Position numbers and translations under genes: made by a program. Shown in pieces: positions 42,045 to 51,566 of a DNA stretch of 64,000 nt. The notes under the pieces were generated by a model. The model had not been told where the DNA came from. It worked only from the letters and a program-made list of their open reading frames with translations, and ran no database searches. The stretch's first letter is position 1. Every line of letters starts with the position of its first letter. Source of the DNA: an uncultured Alphaproteobacteria bacterium (GTDB lineage: Bacteria; Pseudomonadota; Alphaproteobacteria; HIMB59; GCA-002718135); contig CABYXC010000008.1 of assembly GCA_902522865.1 (NCBI GenBank), forward strand, positions 1,059 to 65,058, given 5' to 3'.

Positions 42045-42381
42045 AATTAAATTTTTTAATTATAAACATAAAAATAGCATAAGCTATTGCAGTGCTAATT
42101 ATTGAAACTATCACAGAGAAAACAAAGTTTTGTTTAAATTTTAAAAGTATTGGTAAAACAATAAAAAATACTATTGAAGGTACAGTCATAACAATTGTAC
42201 TATAAGAAAGATCTATAACTTTTTGATAGTCTTTTGTATCCCAATACAGCCAAACAAATGCCAATAGTGAAGTTAATGGTAAAGAAACAATAATTGCGGC
42301 AGTCCAAGTATATTTTTTAGCTATTTCTGAAACAGCAACAATTATAATTGCACTGATTAGTGTCTTAAGAATTATGTACAT
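42034..42381 (-). CDS. Small membrane protein (DUF3147-like)
   Basis: IIVAVSEIAKK...LPLTSLLAFVW; 4 TM segments. Confidence 0.75.
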   Translation of the reverse strand: MYIILKTLISAIIIVAVSEIAKKYTWTAAIIVSLPLTSLLAFVWLYWDTKDYQKVIDLSYSTIVMTVPSIVFFIVLPILLKFKQNFVFSVIVSIISTAIAYAIFMFIIKKFNFNF

Positions 42382-43240
42382 TTTTGCTCACATTGGTTCG
42401 AGTTGCTATATAAACACCAAATGTACAAATTAACAACCCTATAATATCTATTAATAATAATTTTTCACCTAATAAAAACCATGCCATCACAGCTGTAGTT
42501 GGAGGTACTAGAAAGAAGAGACTTGAAGTTTTAGAAGCTGTTCCATTTTTTATCAAGTACATTAGAATTGCGTAAGCTCCAAAGGATACCATAATGATTT
42601 GCCAAGAAATTGATAAAATAAAACGTGTATCAAAATTAATAAATGATATTTCAAAAAAAAGTGAAATTATAAATAAAAATATTCCAGCACTTAATGCTTG
42701 ATAAAAATTATTAACCGAAAGACTGATTTTATGAGTAAATTTTTTTTGCCAAATAGTAGCTGAAGTTGCTCCTAAAAGTGCAACAATAGAAGCAATAACA
42801 CCTATTGTTGGGATTTCTGTTCCAATATCATAACCTATAACTAATATAGTGCCTAAAAAACCAAAAAATATTCCTATCCATTGCGTAACAGTAACTTTTT
42901 CTTTTAAAATAGGTCCACTTAGAATATTTGTTAAAATAGGTTGAAGGCATACAATTAACGCAGATAATGTTGCAGTAAGTCCCATAGAATAAGAAAAAAA
43001 TACTCCACCTAAATAAAATCCATGAAAAAGAATTCCCGTAATCATAGCTTGAAAGATTAAATTTCGATTTATTCTTATTCTTTCCCTAAAAATAATAGAA
43101 AAAATTAAAAAAAATGCACTTACAATACAAAACCTAAAACACAGTGCTGCAAAAGGGCTTGCTGATTGCACAATAAATTGACCACTTATAAAAGCACTAC
43201 TCCAAAAAAAGATAAATAGATATGAAAGATTTAGGTTCAT
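42365..43240 (-). CDS. DMT/EamA family transporter
   Basis: FWSSAF, LQPILT, LVPPTTA..LLGE. Confidence 0.88.
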   Translation of the reverse strand: MNLNLSYLFIFFWSSAFISGQFIVQSASPFAALCFRFCIVSAFFLIFSIIFRERIRINRNLIFQAMITGILFHGFYLGGVFFSYSMGLTATLSALIVCLQPILTNILSGPILKEKVTVTQWIGIFFGFLGTILVIGYDIGTEIPTIGVIASIVALLGATSATIWQKKFTHKISLSVNNFYQALSAGIFLFIISLFFEISFINFDTRFILSISWQIIMVSFGAYAILMYLIKNGTASKTSSLFFLVPPTTAVMAWFLLGEKLLLIDIIGLLICTFGVYIATRTNVSKNVHNS

Positions 43241-43300
43241 TATAAATAATAATTCTATTCTTTATTTATAAATGTTATGAAAATTTATTCATAGAATAAA

Positions 43301-43702
43301 ATGCTTAACAATAAAATCAATTTTTTTTGTCCAAATTGTAGTTCAGATAAATATATTGGTAAAACTACTATAGGAAAAAACTATAAAGATGAACCATATA
43401 AAAATGTAACATCTGAAATACAATGCGCTAAGTGTTTTATGGATATTCCATCAATTATTTCAGAAAATATTTCTCCTGATAAGCAAAATGAAATGTCCAA
43501 ACTTTGGAATGAAATATACAAACCATCACATAAAGAAAATGCTGCACAATGTTCAAAATGTTTTAGGTATTATTGGGAAATAGAAAAATATTTATCTGAA
43601 AATAATATTTCTGTAAAAGATATTTTCTATCAAACTTATAATCCTAAAAAATCAATTGGAGATTTAATTTGTAAGATTTGTGATCCATCATCTTTTAAAT
43701 AA
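43301..43702 (+). CDS. Hypothetical protein with four CxxC motifs
   Basis: CPNC, CAKC, CSKC, CKIC. Confidence 0.65.
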   Translation: MLNNKINFFCPNCSSDKYIGKTTIGKNYKDEPYKNVTSEIQCAKCFMDIPSIISENISPDKQNEMSKLWNEIYKPSHKENAAQCSKCFRYYWEIEKYLSENNISVKDIFYQTYNPKKSIGDLICKICDPSSFK

Positions 43703-43707
43703 AATTA

Positions 43708-44562
43708 ATGTTAGCATATATTCTTAATATATCAGGTTGGCTGTTATTACCTTTCATGGATGGTATTGCAAAATATCTATCTTCAGAAATACATTTCATA
43801 CAAGTTGTTTGGGGTAGATATTTTTTTATGCTTTTAGTCAGTTTTCCACTAGCATTTATATTTTTTAGAAAAGAAATTAGTTTTCCTAAAACAATTTCAG
43901 TACAGCTATTTAGAAGTTTTTTTTTATTTTTATCTACCGTTTTTTTCTTTTATGCAATTTCAGTTATAACTTTAGCGGAAGCTTTAACGCTTGCATTTAT
44001 CTCTCCAATAATAGTGACAATATTATCAATTTTTTATTTAAAAGAAAAAGTTGGAATTCATCGATGGACTGCAGTTTTGATTGGTTTTTTTGGTGTTATG
44101 ATCATTATAAGACCAGGTTTTATAGAAATAAATTTCGCATCTTTCTCAGCTATTGCAGCAGGAATTTCATACGCTTTTTACATAATTTATACTCGAAAAT
44201 TATCTTTTACAGATAGTGCTGTTGTTACTTTGCTTTTTACAGGTATCGTAGGTTGTATTTTTATATCTCTTATTGTTCCTTTTTACTGGATAAATTTAGA
44301 TTTAAGACAATTATTATTACTTATCTTATTAGCTTCAATTGGAACTTTAGGACATTTTTTAATAATTCTTTCTTTAAGACTTGGAGAAGCTTCTAAACTA
44401 GCTCCTTTGGGTTATTTTGAGATCTCCACAAATATACTTGTTGGATATGCCTTCTTCGGTGATTTGCCTGATATTTGGATTTATTTAGGATTATCTTTAA
44501 TTGTTTTTAGCGGTATTTATATTTTTATTAGAGAAAGAAGAAAGATTAAAAAAACTAATTAG
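43708..44562 (+). CDS. DMT/EamA family transporter
   Basis: LKEKVGIHRW, IIRPG, ASKLAPLGY. Confidence 0.88.
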   Translation: MLAYILNISGWLLLPFMDGIAKYLSSEIHFIQVVWGRYFFMLLVSFPLAFIFFRKEISFPKTISVQLFRSFFLFLSTVFFFYAISVITLAEALTLAFISPIIVTILSIFYLKEKVGIHRWTAVLIGFFGVMIIIRPGFIEINFASFSAIAAGISYAFYIIYTRKLSFTDSAVVTLLFTGIVGCIFISLIVPFYWINLDLRQLLLLILLASIGTLGHFLIILSLRLGEASKLAPLGYFEISTNILVGYAFFGDLPDIWIYLGLSLIVFSGIYIFIRERRKIKKTN

Positions 44563-45409
44563 TTTTTCTAGTTGTTTGATAAATAAATATTGTAACAGAT
44601 CCAAGCAGTAGGGCTCCTCCTATAATTGTATTTAGAGGAGGAATTTCATTTATAACAAACCAAACCCATGCAGTACCTAAAACACTTTCTAATAAAAATA
44701 TTAGAGCTACTTCGTGTGCTGGAGCAAATTTAGGAGAAATTGTTAAAATCATAAATGGAATAGGAAGTATTAATAAGCACATTATGAAAAGAAATAAAAT
44801 TTGATCATTATTTAAATCAAAGTTAATTCCAAATGGTAGAGCGTAAAGAGCTGATATTAAACATCCTAATAAACATGCAGGTACCAAATCTTTATTTTTA
44901 AATAATCTAACAAGAACCATACTAAAACCCATTCCTATTGCTACAATTAGAGCCATAATATCTCCATATAATCCTGTAGTTGTAAAGCTTCCTATTCCAA
45001 TTATTATCATTGCAAGCATAGCAATTAAAATCACTATCCATGTAAAAAGACTAGGTATTTCTTTAAGTATAAAAACTGAAAATAATGCAGCAAAAATAGG
45101 AGCTGATGCAATTAGAACTAATGTATTAGCTACAGCAGTATTTTGAATTGAATATACAAAACAAATATGAGTTATAGCATAGAGAATAGCGTAGATTATC
45201 CCTGGCACACCAATTAGATAAAATGATTTAAGAAAAGATCTTTTGTAAGTATAAATGAGAAAAATTAGTATCGTAACAATTGGTAGAGCGCTTCTATAAA
45301 ATATTAAACTAAAATCATCTAAATTTACTAATCTAATAAATAAACTATCAGGGCTAAGTATTAAAACCCCTACAAATGATAGTATAAGCCCCTTATTTCT
45401 TGTTTTCAT
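44555..45409 (-). CDS. DMT/EamA family transporter
   Basis: LSPDSLFIRL, VANTL..APIFAA, LLESVLG. Confidence 0.85.
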   Translation of the reverse strand: MKTRNKGLILSFVGVLILSPDSLFIRLVNLDDFSLIFYRSALPIVTILIFLIYTYKRSFLKSFYLIGVPGIIYAILYAITHICFVYSIQNTAVANTLVLIASAPIFAALFSVFILKEIPSLFTWIVILIAMLAMIIIGIGSFTTTGLYGDIMALIVAIGMGFSMVLVRLFKNKDLVPACLLGCLISALYALPFGINFDLNNDQILFLFIMCLLILPIPFMILTISPKFAPAHEVALIFLLESVLGTAWVWFVINEIPPLNTIIGGALLLGSVTIFIYQTTRKTN

Positions 45410-45477
45410 AAATATTTGAAAATAAATAGATTATTAATATATCTATCAGTATCGTTCTTTAATTCACACTTGTTTTT

Positions 45478-45885
45478 ATGAAAAAATTACTTTTTTTATG
45501 TTTTATTTTTTTATCACTAAATACTCACGCCTTAGATTCAAATAAATTAATAAACCTCGATGATTTAAAAATACTTTTTGATCTTCAAAAGAATGATTGG
45601 AACGAAAATGTTCTTTTTCTCATAAAAAAGAATTCATTTTCTAAAGTAGATAATGACTCAGATGTATTTTATTTAAAATCAATATTTAATGATGGCGAAA
45701 TAATTACAATGCCAATTTTTTCTAAGGATATTGTTGAAAAAATTATATTTGAATATATTTTTTTAGATTATAATAAAAAAAATTTAAAAATTATAAATAA
45801 TCATTTTAATTCGTTTAAAAATTTTTGTTTTGAATATCTCTATAATGACAAGTCTATACAAGTAGTTATTACTAAATGTAATTAA
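45478..45885 (+). CDS. Hypothetical exported protein
   Basis: Signal peptide MKKLLFLCFIFLSLNTHA. Confidence 0.6.
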   Translation: MKKLLFLCFIFLSLNTHALDSNKLINLDDLKILFDLQKNDWNENVLFLIKKNSFSKVDNDSDVFYLKSIFNDGEIITMPIFSKDIVEKIIFEYIFLDYNKKNLKIINNHFNSFKNFCFEYLYNDKSIQVVITKCN

Positions 45886-46790
45886 TTAAAAACCATTGAT
45901 GTAGCTTTAAAAATTAAACTATGTCTTTTAGCTAATTCTAATTTATCATTTGAATATCCACCACCTATTACTGTCGCAACAGGAATTGATTTATTTTTAA
46001 AAAATTCTAACACTGTAATATCTCTTTTTAATAATCCTTCAGTTGTTATTTTTAAATTTCCTAATTTATCATTCTCATGAATATCAACTCCAGTATCAAA
46101 AATTACTAAATCAGGATTAAAATTTTTTATACAACTATTAAGAGTTTGATATAATATTTCTAAATATTCATTATCTTCTAAATTATCTTCTAATTCAACA
46201 TCCATGTCACTTATTGATTTTCTAAATGGAAAATTATTTTTACAATGAATAGAACATGTAAAAATTTTATCATTATCTTTAAGGATTGAGGCTGTACCAT
46301 CTCCTTGATGCACATCAGTGTCAAAAATTAATATTTTTTTTACTTGATGGGTTCTTATTAAATGTAATGAAGCATAAGCCAAATCGTTAAAAACACAGTA
46401 TCCTGAACCAAAATCTCTATGACTGTGGTGTGTTCCACCTGCTAAATGATTTGCTATACCATTCTTAATTGCTTCTTTGCATGTTAATAGAGTTCCATTA
46501 ACTGCTAAAAAGGAGCGATTAGAAAGTGTTTCTGACCATTTAAAACCCAATCTTCTTATTTCTTTATCGGACAAAGTACCATTTTTAATTTTTAATACGT
46601 AATCTAAATCATGACATATAGAAACTTCATCAACACTTGATTTTTGAGGACTTAGAATTTTTGCACGATGATAAAAATCTGAAGTTTTTAATTCATTATA
46701 TAAATCTGAAAACTTACTGGCAGTAAATTTATGATTTTCAGGCAGAGGAATGTCATAATCTTCGTGTGTTACCCAACTGATTTTTTTCAT
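45882..46790 (-). CDS. Zn-dependent deacetylase/deacylase, histone deacetylase family
   Basis: AGGTHH, GSGYCVFND, DTDVHQGDGT, GVDIH..D.LG, GGGY. Confidence 0.92.
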   Translation of the reverse strand: MKKISWVTHEDYDIPLPENHKFTASKFSDLYNELKTSDFYHRAKILSPQKSSVDEVSICHDLDYVLKIKNGTLSDKEIRRLGFKWSETLSNRSFLAVNGTLLTCKEAIKNGIANHLAGGTHHSHRDFGSGYCVFNDLAYASLHLIRTHQVKKILIFDTDVHQGDGTASILKDNDKIFTCSIHCKNNFPFRKSISDMDVELEDNLEDNEYLEILYQTLNSCIKNFNPDLVIFDTGVDIHENDKLGNLKITTEGLLKRDITVLEFFKNKSIPVATVIGGGYSNDKLELAKRHSLIFKATSMVFN

Positions 46791-46844
46791 AAATTTGCCT
46801 CTTTTTAACTCAATTTATGCCTAAATTAATTTGTACATAGTTTA

Positions 46845-46913
46845 TGTGGCACTAATCTACCAATATATATTTAGTGAGTAAATGTATTCTATCCATAAAG
46901 AATTAGTGTCACA
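46845..46913. repeat. Intergenic stem-loop element copy A (candidate ncRNA or cis element)
   Basis: 12-bp inverted repeat TGTGGCACTAAT / ATTAGTGTCACA around a 45-nt AT-rich interior. Confidence 0.6.
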
Positions 46914-47022
46914 ACCAATATGGAATTTGTTTTAATATTTGATTTATTAATTATTTGTATGATTGGTTTTTTTATTGTCAATTTTTATTGAATTAATAAT
47001 CAATTTAAATAATATTTTAAGA

Positions 47023-47802
47023 ATGAAAGATTTTTATGATCTAAATGGCTATTTTTCACCATTAAAAATTTATAATGCAAAAGAAGCAAATTTTTTTAGA
47101 AATAAATTAGAAGACTCAGAAAAAAAATTAGGTAAACTTCATTATATTGTGAAAACTTATACAATAATGAAATGGGTGTATGAAATAGCAACTAATAAAA
47201 TATTGCTTGATTTTGTTGAAGAAATAATTGGTAAAAATATATTATTATATAATGCAACTTTTATAATAAAAGAACCAAACACTAAAACACACGTAAGTTG
47301 GCATCAAGATCTTACCTATTGGGGCTTTGATAATAATGAAAAACAAGTAAGTGCATGGTTAGCTTTATCCAAAGCTAATGATCAAAGTGGTTGTATGAAA
47401 ATGATTCCAGGTTCTCATAAAAATGGATTTTTTGAACATCATTCAACTGAAGATAAAAATAATGTTTTATCTAGAGGTCAAACTGTAAAAGATATTGATA
47501 TAAATAAAGCAGTATCATGTCCGTTAGAACCCGGTGAAGTTTCCTTTCATCATGGTCTAACATTACACGCATCTCAACCTAATTCTAGCAATGACAGAAG
47601 AATAGGATTAAATTTTCAATTTATTTCTACTGATATGAAACAACTAAAAAGCAAAAATGATAGCGCTATTTGTGTAAGAGGAGAAGATAAGTATAAAAAT
47701 TTTAAGACAGATCAAGTAGCTAAAGATGACTTTGATCATGAGGCTTATCAACATCTTTTAGTATTAAATAATCATTATAATGAAACAATAAGAAAAAATT
47801 AA
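47023..47802 (+). CDS. Phytanoyl-CoA dioxygenase (PhyH) family 2OG-Fe(II) oxygenase
   Basis: SWHQDLTYW, IPGSH, LHASQPNSSNDRRIG; start at ATG 47023. Confidence 0.88.
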   Translation: MKDFYDLNGYFSPLKIYNAKEANFFRNKLEDSEKKLGKLHYIVKTYTIMKWVYEIATNKILLDFVEEIIGKNILLYNATFIIKEPNTKTHVSWHQDLTYWGFDNNEKQVSAWLALSKANDQSGCMKMIPGSHKNGFFEHHSTEDKNNVLSRGQTVKDIDINKAVSCPLEPGEVSFHHGLTLHASQPNSSNDRRIGLNFQFISTDMKQLKSKNDSAICVRGEDKYKNFKTDQVAKDDFDHEAYQHLLVLNNHYNETIRKN

Positions 47803-47864
47803 TATTTATTTATTAGAATCTGAAATAAGAGATCTAAAAATTAACTTCTATTTAATCAAATCAT

Positions 47865-48776
47865 ATGAATGTTTTATCTGGAATTAGTATCGGATTTATT
47901 GGTTACACGATATTTGTCATTTTAGATACAATAATTAAAAAATACCTAGTTAATGAATATTCTGTTTTTCAAATAAATTTTTATATTTGTCTTTTTAGTT
48001 TTATACCAACACTATTAACTCTTTATTTTCTAAACAAATGGAGCTCACTAAAAAATGATATTATTCATATACAGCTTCTTAGAGGATTATTTGGATTAAT
48101 TTCAGGGGCTTTAGTAGTTTATTCATTTAGAGAACATGCATTTAGTGAAATTTACCCAATATTATTTAGTGCTCCATTAATGATAACAATGTTATCCCAT
48201 TTTTTTTTAGAAGAAAAAGTTGGTATTAGAAGATGGTCAGCGGTAACAGTTGGATTTATTGGTGTATTAATAGTTAGTAGACCTGGCACTATTCATTTTT
48301 CATTAAGTCTATTTGGTTTATTTTTTTCCGCATTACTAATGGCGATTAATATTACTTTAGTAAGAAAGTATTCAAATAATCAATCATCAATAGCATTTAC
48401 TTTTTATGCTTTTTTATCTGCAACTATTTTAAATGGATTACTTAGTTTTAATAGCCACATCGCATTATCTTTTAATGATCTAATGATACTTGTTTTTTGT
48501 GGTATTATTTGTGGAATAGGGGGTAATTGTTTAACAATCGCCTCAAAATTTTTAGAGTCTAGTGTTTTTGCTCCTATTCAATATACACAATTAATTTCTG
48601 GAGCAATTTTAGGTTATTTATTTTTTGCTGATATTCCAGATATTTATGAAATTATAGGATCATTAATTATTGTTGGTAGTGGAATTTATATAATAATTAG
48701 AGAAACAAAAATAGGGGTTAGGCCATATATTAAAGAAGATTCAAGATTTCGTGACCAATTTAATAGAGGTCACTAA
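47865..48776 (+). CDS. DMT/EamA family transporter
   Basis: LEEKVGIRRW, SRPG, APIQY. Confidence 0.88.
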   Translation: MNVLSGISIGFIGYTIFVILDTIIKKYLVNEYSVFQINFYICLFSFIPTLLTLYFLNKWSSLKNDIIHIQLLRGLFGLISGALVVYSFREHAFSEIYPILFSAPLMITMLSHFFLEEKVGIRRWSAVTVGFIGVLIVSRPGTIHFSLSLFGLFFSALLMAINITLVRKYSNNQSSIAFTFYAFLSATILNGLLSFNSHIALSFNDLMILVFCGIICGIGGNCLTIASKFLESSVFAPIQYTQLISGAILGYLFFADIPDIYEIIGSLIIVGSGIYIIIRETKIGVRPYIKEDSRFRDQFNRGH

Positions 48777-48831
48777 ATTAATAATTATAAATCAAAACTT
48801 TGTGATAATATTTTAATAGCATAAAATTATT

Positions 48832-50019
48832 ATGAAAAATTTATTAAATAATAAAAATCCAATAACTTTACTAATTTTATCATCAATAGCCATGCCTATC
48901 GCTTTTAGTACTTGGATGGTTTTATTAAATAATTTCTCAGTTGAAAGAGCAAGTTTCACTGGAGTTGAAATTGGAATACTTCAAAGTATCAGAGAGATAC
49001 CTGGCTTCCTAGCATTTACTATTATTTTTTTATTGTTCTATTTTAAAGAGCAATATTTTGCTATTTTTTCTTTAGCCTTAACTGGTTTTGGTGTTGCAAT
49101 TACAGGTTTCTTACCAACTGTTTATGGTTTGTATTTTACAACAATTATTATGAGTACTGGCTTTCATTATTGTGAAACGGCCAAAAATTCTTTGAGTTTA
49201 CAATGGCTTTCAAAAGAAGAAGCTCCACCAGTTCTAGGAAAATTAATAGCTGTTAGCTCAATTACGTCTTTATTTTTGTATTGTATAATTTGGAGTTTAT
49301 TAGAAATCTTTAATTTAGATTATAAGTATATATTTTTAATTGCAGGATTAATTTGTATTTTTATTTCCATACACCTTTTTATATCCTTTCCTTTTTTTGA
49401 AATCAAAAATAAACAACATAAAAAAATAATTCTAAAAAAAGAATATTCTCTTTACTATATCTTAATTTTTTTATCAGGTGCTAGAAGACAAATTTTTGTA
49501 GTTTTTGCAGCTTTTTTAATGGTAGAAAAATTTGGATATTCAGCATCGCAAGTTACTTTACTATTTTTAGTTAATTATATTTTTAATTGGTTTTTTGCAG
49601 AACGTATTGGAAAGTTAATAAATATATTTGGTGAGAAAAAATGTCTTATATTTGAATATATTGGACTCGTTATAGTTTTTACATCTTATGCATTCGTGAC
49701 TAATGCTTATGTTGCAGCAGGTTTATATATTATTGATCATATGTTTTTTGCATTAGCTATTGCAATTAATACATATTTTCAAAAAATTGCTGATCCAAAA
49801 GATATTGCAAGCACTGCAGGTGTTTCATTTACTATCAATCATATAGCTGCAGTATTTATCCCAGTACTTTTAGGATTTGTTTGGATTAATTCTCATTCAA
49901 TAGTTTTTTTAATTGGATCTTTGTTTGCTCTACTATCTTTAATCGCTTCATTTTTTTTACCTAATAATTTATCAAAGATTATTTTAGATGAAAGTAATTT
50001 AAAAAAAGTAAGAGTATAA
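48832..50019 (+). CDS. MFS transporter
   Basis: About 12 TM segments; QSIREIPGFL, GARRQIF, FTINHIAAV. Confidence 0.8.
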   Translation: MKNLLNNKNPITLLILSSIAMPIAFSTWMVLLNNFSVERASFTGVEIGILQSIREIPGFLAFTIIFLLFYFKEQYFAIFSLALTGFGVAITGFLPTVYGLYFTTIIMSTGFHYCETAKNSLSLQWLSKEEAPPVLGKLIAVSSITSLFLYCIIWSLLEIFNLDYKYIFLIAGLICIFISIHLFISFPFFEIKNKQHKKIILKKEYSLYYILIFLSGARRQIFVVFAAFLMVEKFGYSASQVTLLFLVNYIFNWFFAERIGKLINIFGEKKCLIFEYIGLVIVFTSYAFVTNAYVAAGLYIIDHMFFALAIAINTYFQKIADPKDIASTAGVSFTINHIAAVFIPVLLGFVWINSHSIVFLIGSLFALLSLIASFFLPNNLSKIILDESNLKKVRV

Positions 50020-50020
50020 T

Positions 50021-50440
50021 TTACTCACCTATATAACTAAGAATTATTTTTCTTTTGTATTTACTGTACCTGTGTTCAATTAGATATATTCCCTGCCACA
50101 TCCCTAATTTCATTTCTTTATTGTTTATAGGAATTGTTAATGAGGTTTGAGTAAGCATAGATTTTATGTGAGCAGGCATATCATCATCTCCTTCATAACC
50201 ATGTTTATATAATGAAGAATCTTCAGGAACAATTCTTTGAAAAAAAGAATTAATATCATCTAATACATCAGGGCTAGCATTTTCCATTATTGTTAATGAA
50301 GCAGAAGTGTGTTCTATAAATAAATTTAGCTGACCTTTAATTATATTATTTTTTAGAATCCAATCATGAACATTATTTGTAATTTCATACATTCCCTGTC
50401 CATTATTAGAAATTATCAATTCATCTTGTAGATTTAACAT
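50021..50440 (-). CDS. yjbQ: YjbQ/UPF0047 family protein
   Basis: HTSASL..EN, DDMPAHIKS, LGMWQGIYLIEHR. Confidence 0.9.
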   Translation of the reverse strand: MLNLQDELIISNNGQGMYEITNNVHDWILKNNIIKGQLNLFIEHTSASLTIMENASPDVLDDINSFFQRIVPEDSSLYKHGYEGDDDMPAHIKSMLTQTSLTIPINNKEMKLGMWQGIYLIEHRYSKYKRKIILSYIGE

Positions 50441-50460
50441 TTTCTAATCTTAAAATGAAG

Positions 50461-50538
50461 TCGTGGCACCTACAAGGAGAATTATAATGAAAATTAATGT
50501 TATGAAAAAAAGAACTATTCTTTTGATAAGTGCCACAA
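50461..50538. repeat. Intergenic stem-loop element copy B (candidate ncRNA or cis element)
   Basis: TCGTGGCACCTA / TAAGTGCCACAA inverted repeat; fully paired with two G-U pairs on the minus strand. Confidence 0.6.
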
Positions 50539-50633
50539 TTTATAAAATATAATCAAATTTTGTTTTAATAGAGATATAAATAAGGAAAAATTGTGTTATG
50601 ATTATCCTAATTCTTTTTAGCTAGGAATATTAT

Positions 50634-51524
50634 TTGTTAAACAATAATCAATTTGCAATTTTTTTAATTATTATATCAATTATTTTTGGCACTCTTATGG
50701 GTACATTTATAAAATTAGCTCAAGAAGAATTAAATGTATTTACAACTGGTTTTTTACGTTTTTTCTTTGGATTTTTAATCATCACCCCTTACATTCTAAA
50801 AACAAAATTTGAAGTATTTAGTACAAAAAATTTAAAAATTCATCTTTTACGGTCAGCACTAAACTTACCTGCAATGTTACTTGGTTTTGCAGCTTTAGCT
50901 ATGCTTCCATTAGAGAAAATGACAGCCATTCATTTTATAGTTCCTATCATTGTTACAATCTTAGCTGTGATATTTTTAAAAGAAAAAATCTATTTGTATA
51001 GGTCAATTGCATTAGTGATTGGTTTTCTAGGAATGTTAATAATATTGCGACCCGGTATTATAGATATTTCTATTGGAATATATATGGCGCTTATTTCATC
51101 GCTAATTTGGTCAGTAGTTATAATTTTAACTAAAAAAGTATCTAAGGATGATAGTGCTATAACAATATTATCACACCAGTATGTTTATATGAGTCTTTTT
51201 TCATTTCCATTAGTTATATATTTTTGGGATCAGCCAAGCTTAAAAACAATTATTTTTATATTATGTGCTGCAATGTCAGGAACTATATTACATATTGCAT
51301 TAAATCATGCATATAAATTAGTTGATGTAACTATGACTCAACCTTATTCATTTTTAGGATTAGTAGTTTCATCAATAATTGGATATTTTGTCTTTAGTGA
51401 TAAACCTGATTTTTATACCTGGTTAGGTGCTTCTGTAATTTTTTGTGGTGTGCTTCTAATTTCTTACAGAGAACTTCAATTAAATAAAGAAATTACAAGA
51501 AAGAGATTAAATATTAATTCATAA
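50634..51524 (+). CDS. DMT/EamA family transporter
   Basis: FLKEKI..R, ILRPG, QPYSF; TTG start. Confidence 0.85.
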   Translation: MLNNNQFAIFLIIISIIFGTLMGTFIKLAQEELNVFTTGFLRFFFGFLIITPYILKTKFEVFSTKNLKIHLLRSALNLPAMLLGFAALAMLPLEKMTAIHFIVPIIVTILAVIFLKEKIYLYRSIALVIGFLGMLIILRPGIIDISIGIYMALISSLIWSVVIILTKKVSKDDSAITILSHQYVYMSLFSFPLVIYFWDQPSLKTIIFILCAAMSGTILHIALNHAYKLVDVTMTQPYSFLGLVVSSIIGYFVFSDKPDFYTWLGASVIFCGVLLISYRELQLNKEITRKRLNINS

Positions 51525-51566
51525 TATTAATATTTAACATCGTTAGATTATGTGTATTATTAATAA

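Noticed and set aside
46791-46853. Possible SAM-II/SAM-V riboswitch upstream of the deacylase (minus strand GTGCC...GGCAT-AAATTGAGTTAAAAAGAGG)
   Set aside because: The 3' part resembles the SAM-II tail, but the U-rich loop needed for the triple helix is missing after the first stem. An Infernal search would settle it.
46846-50470. TGGCAC in both stem-loop elements as sigma54 -24 boxes
   Set aside because: Neither has TTGC at the -12 position, and both are arms of inverted repeats.
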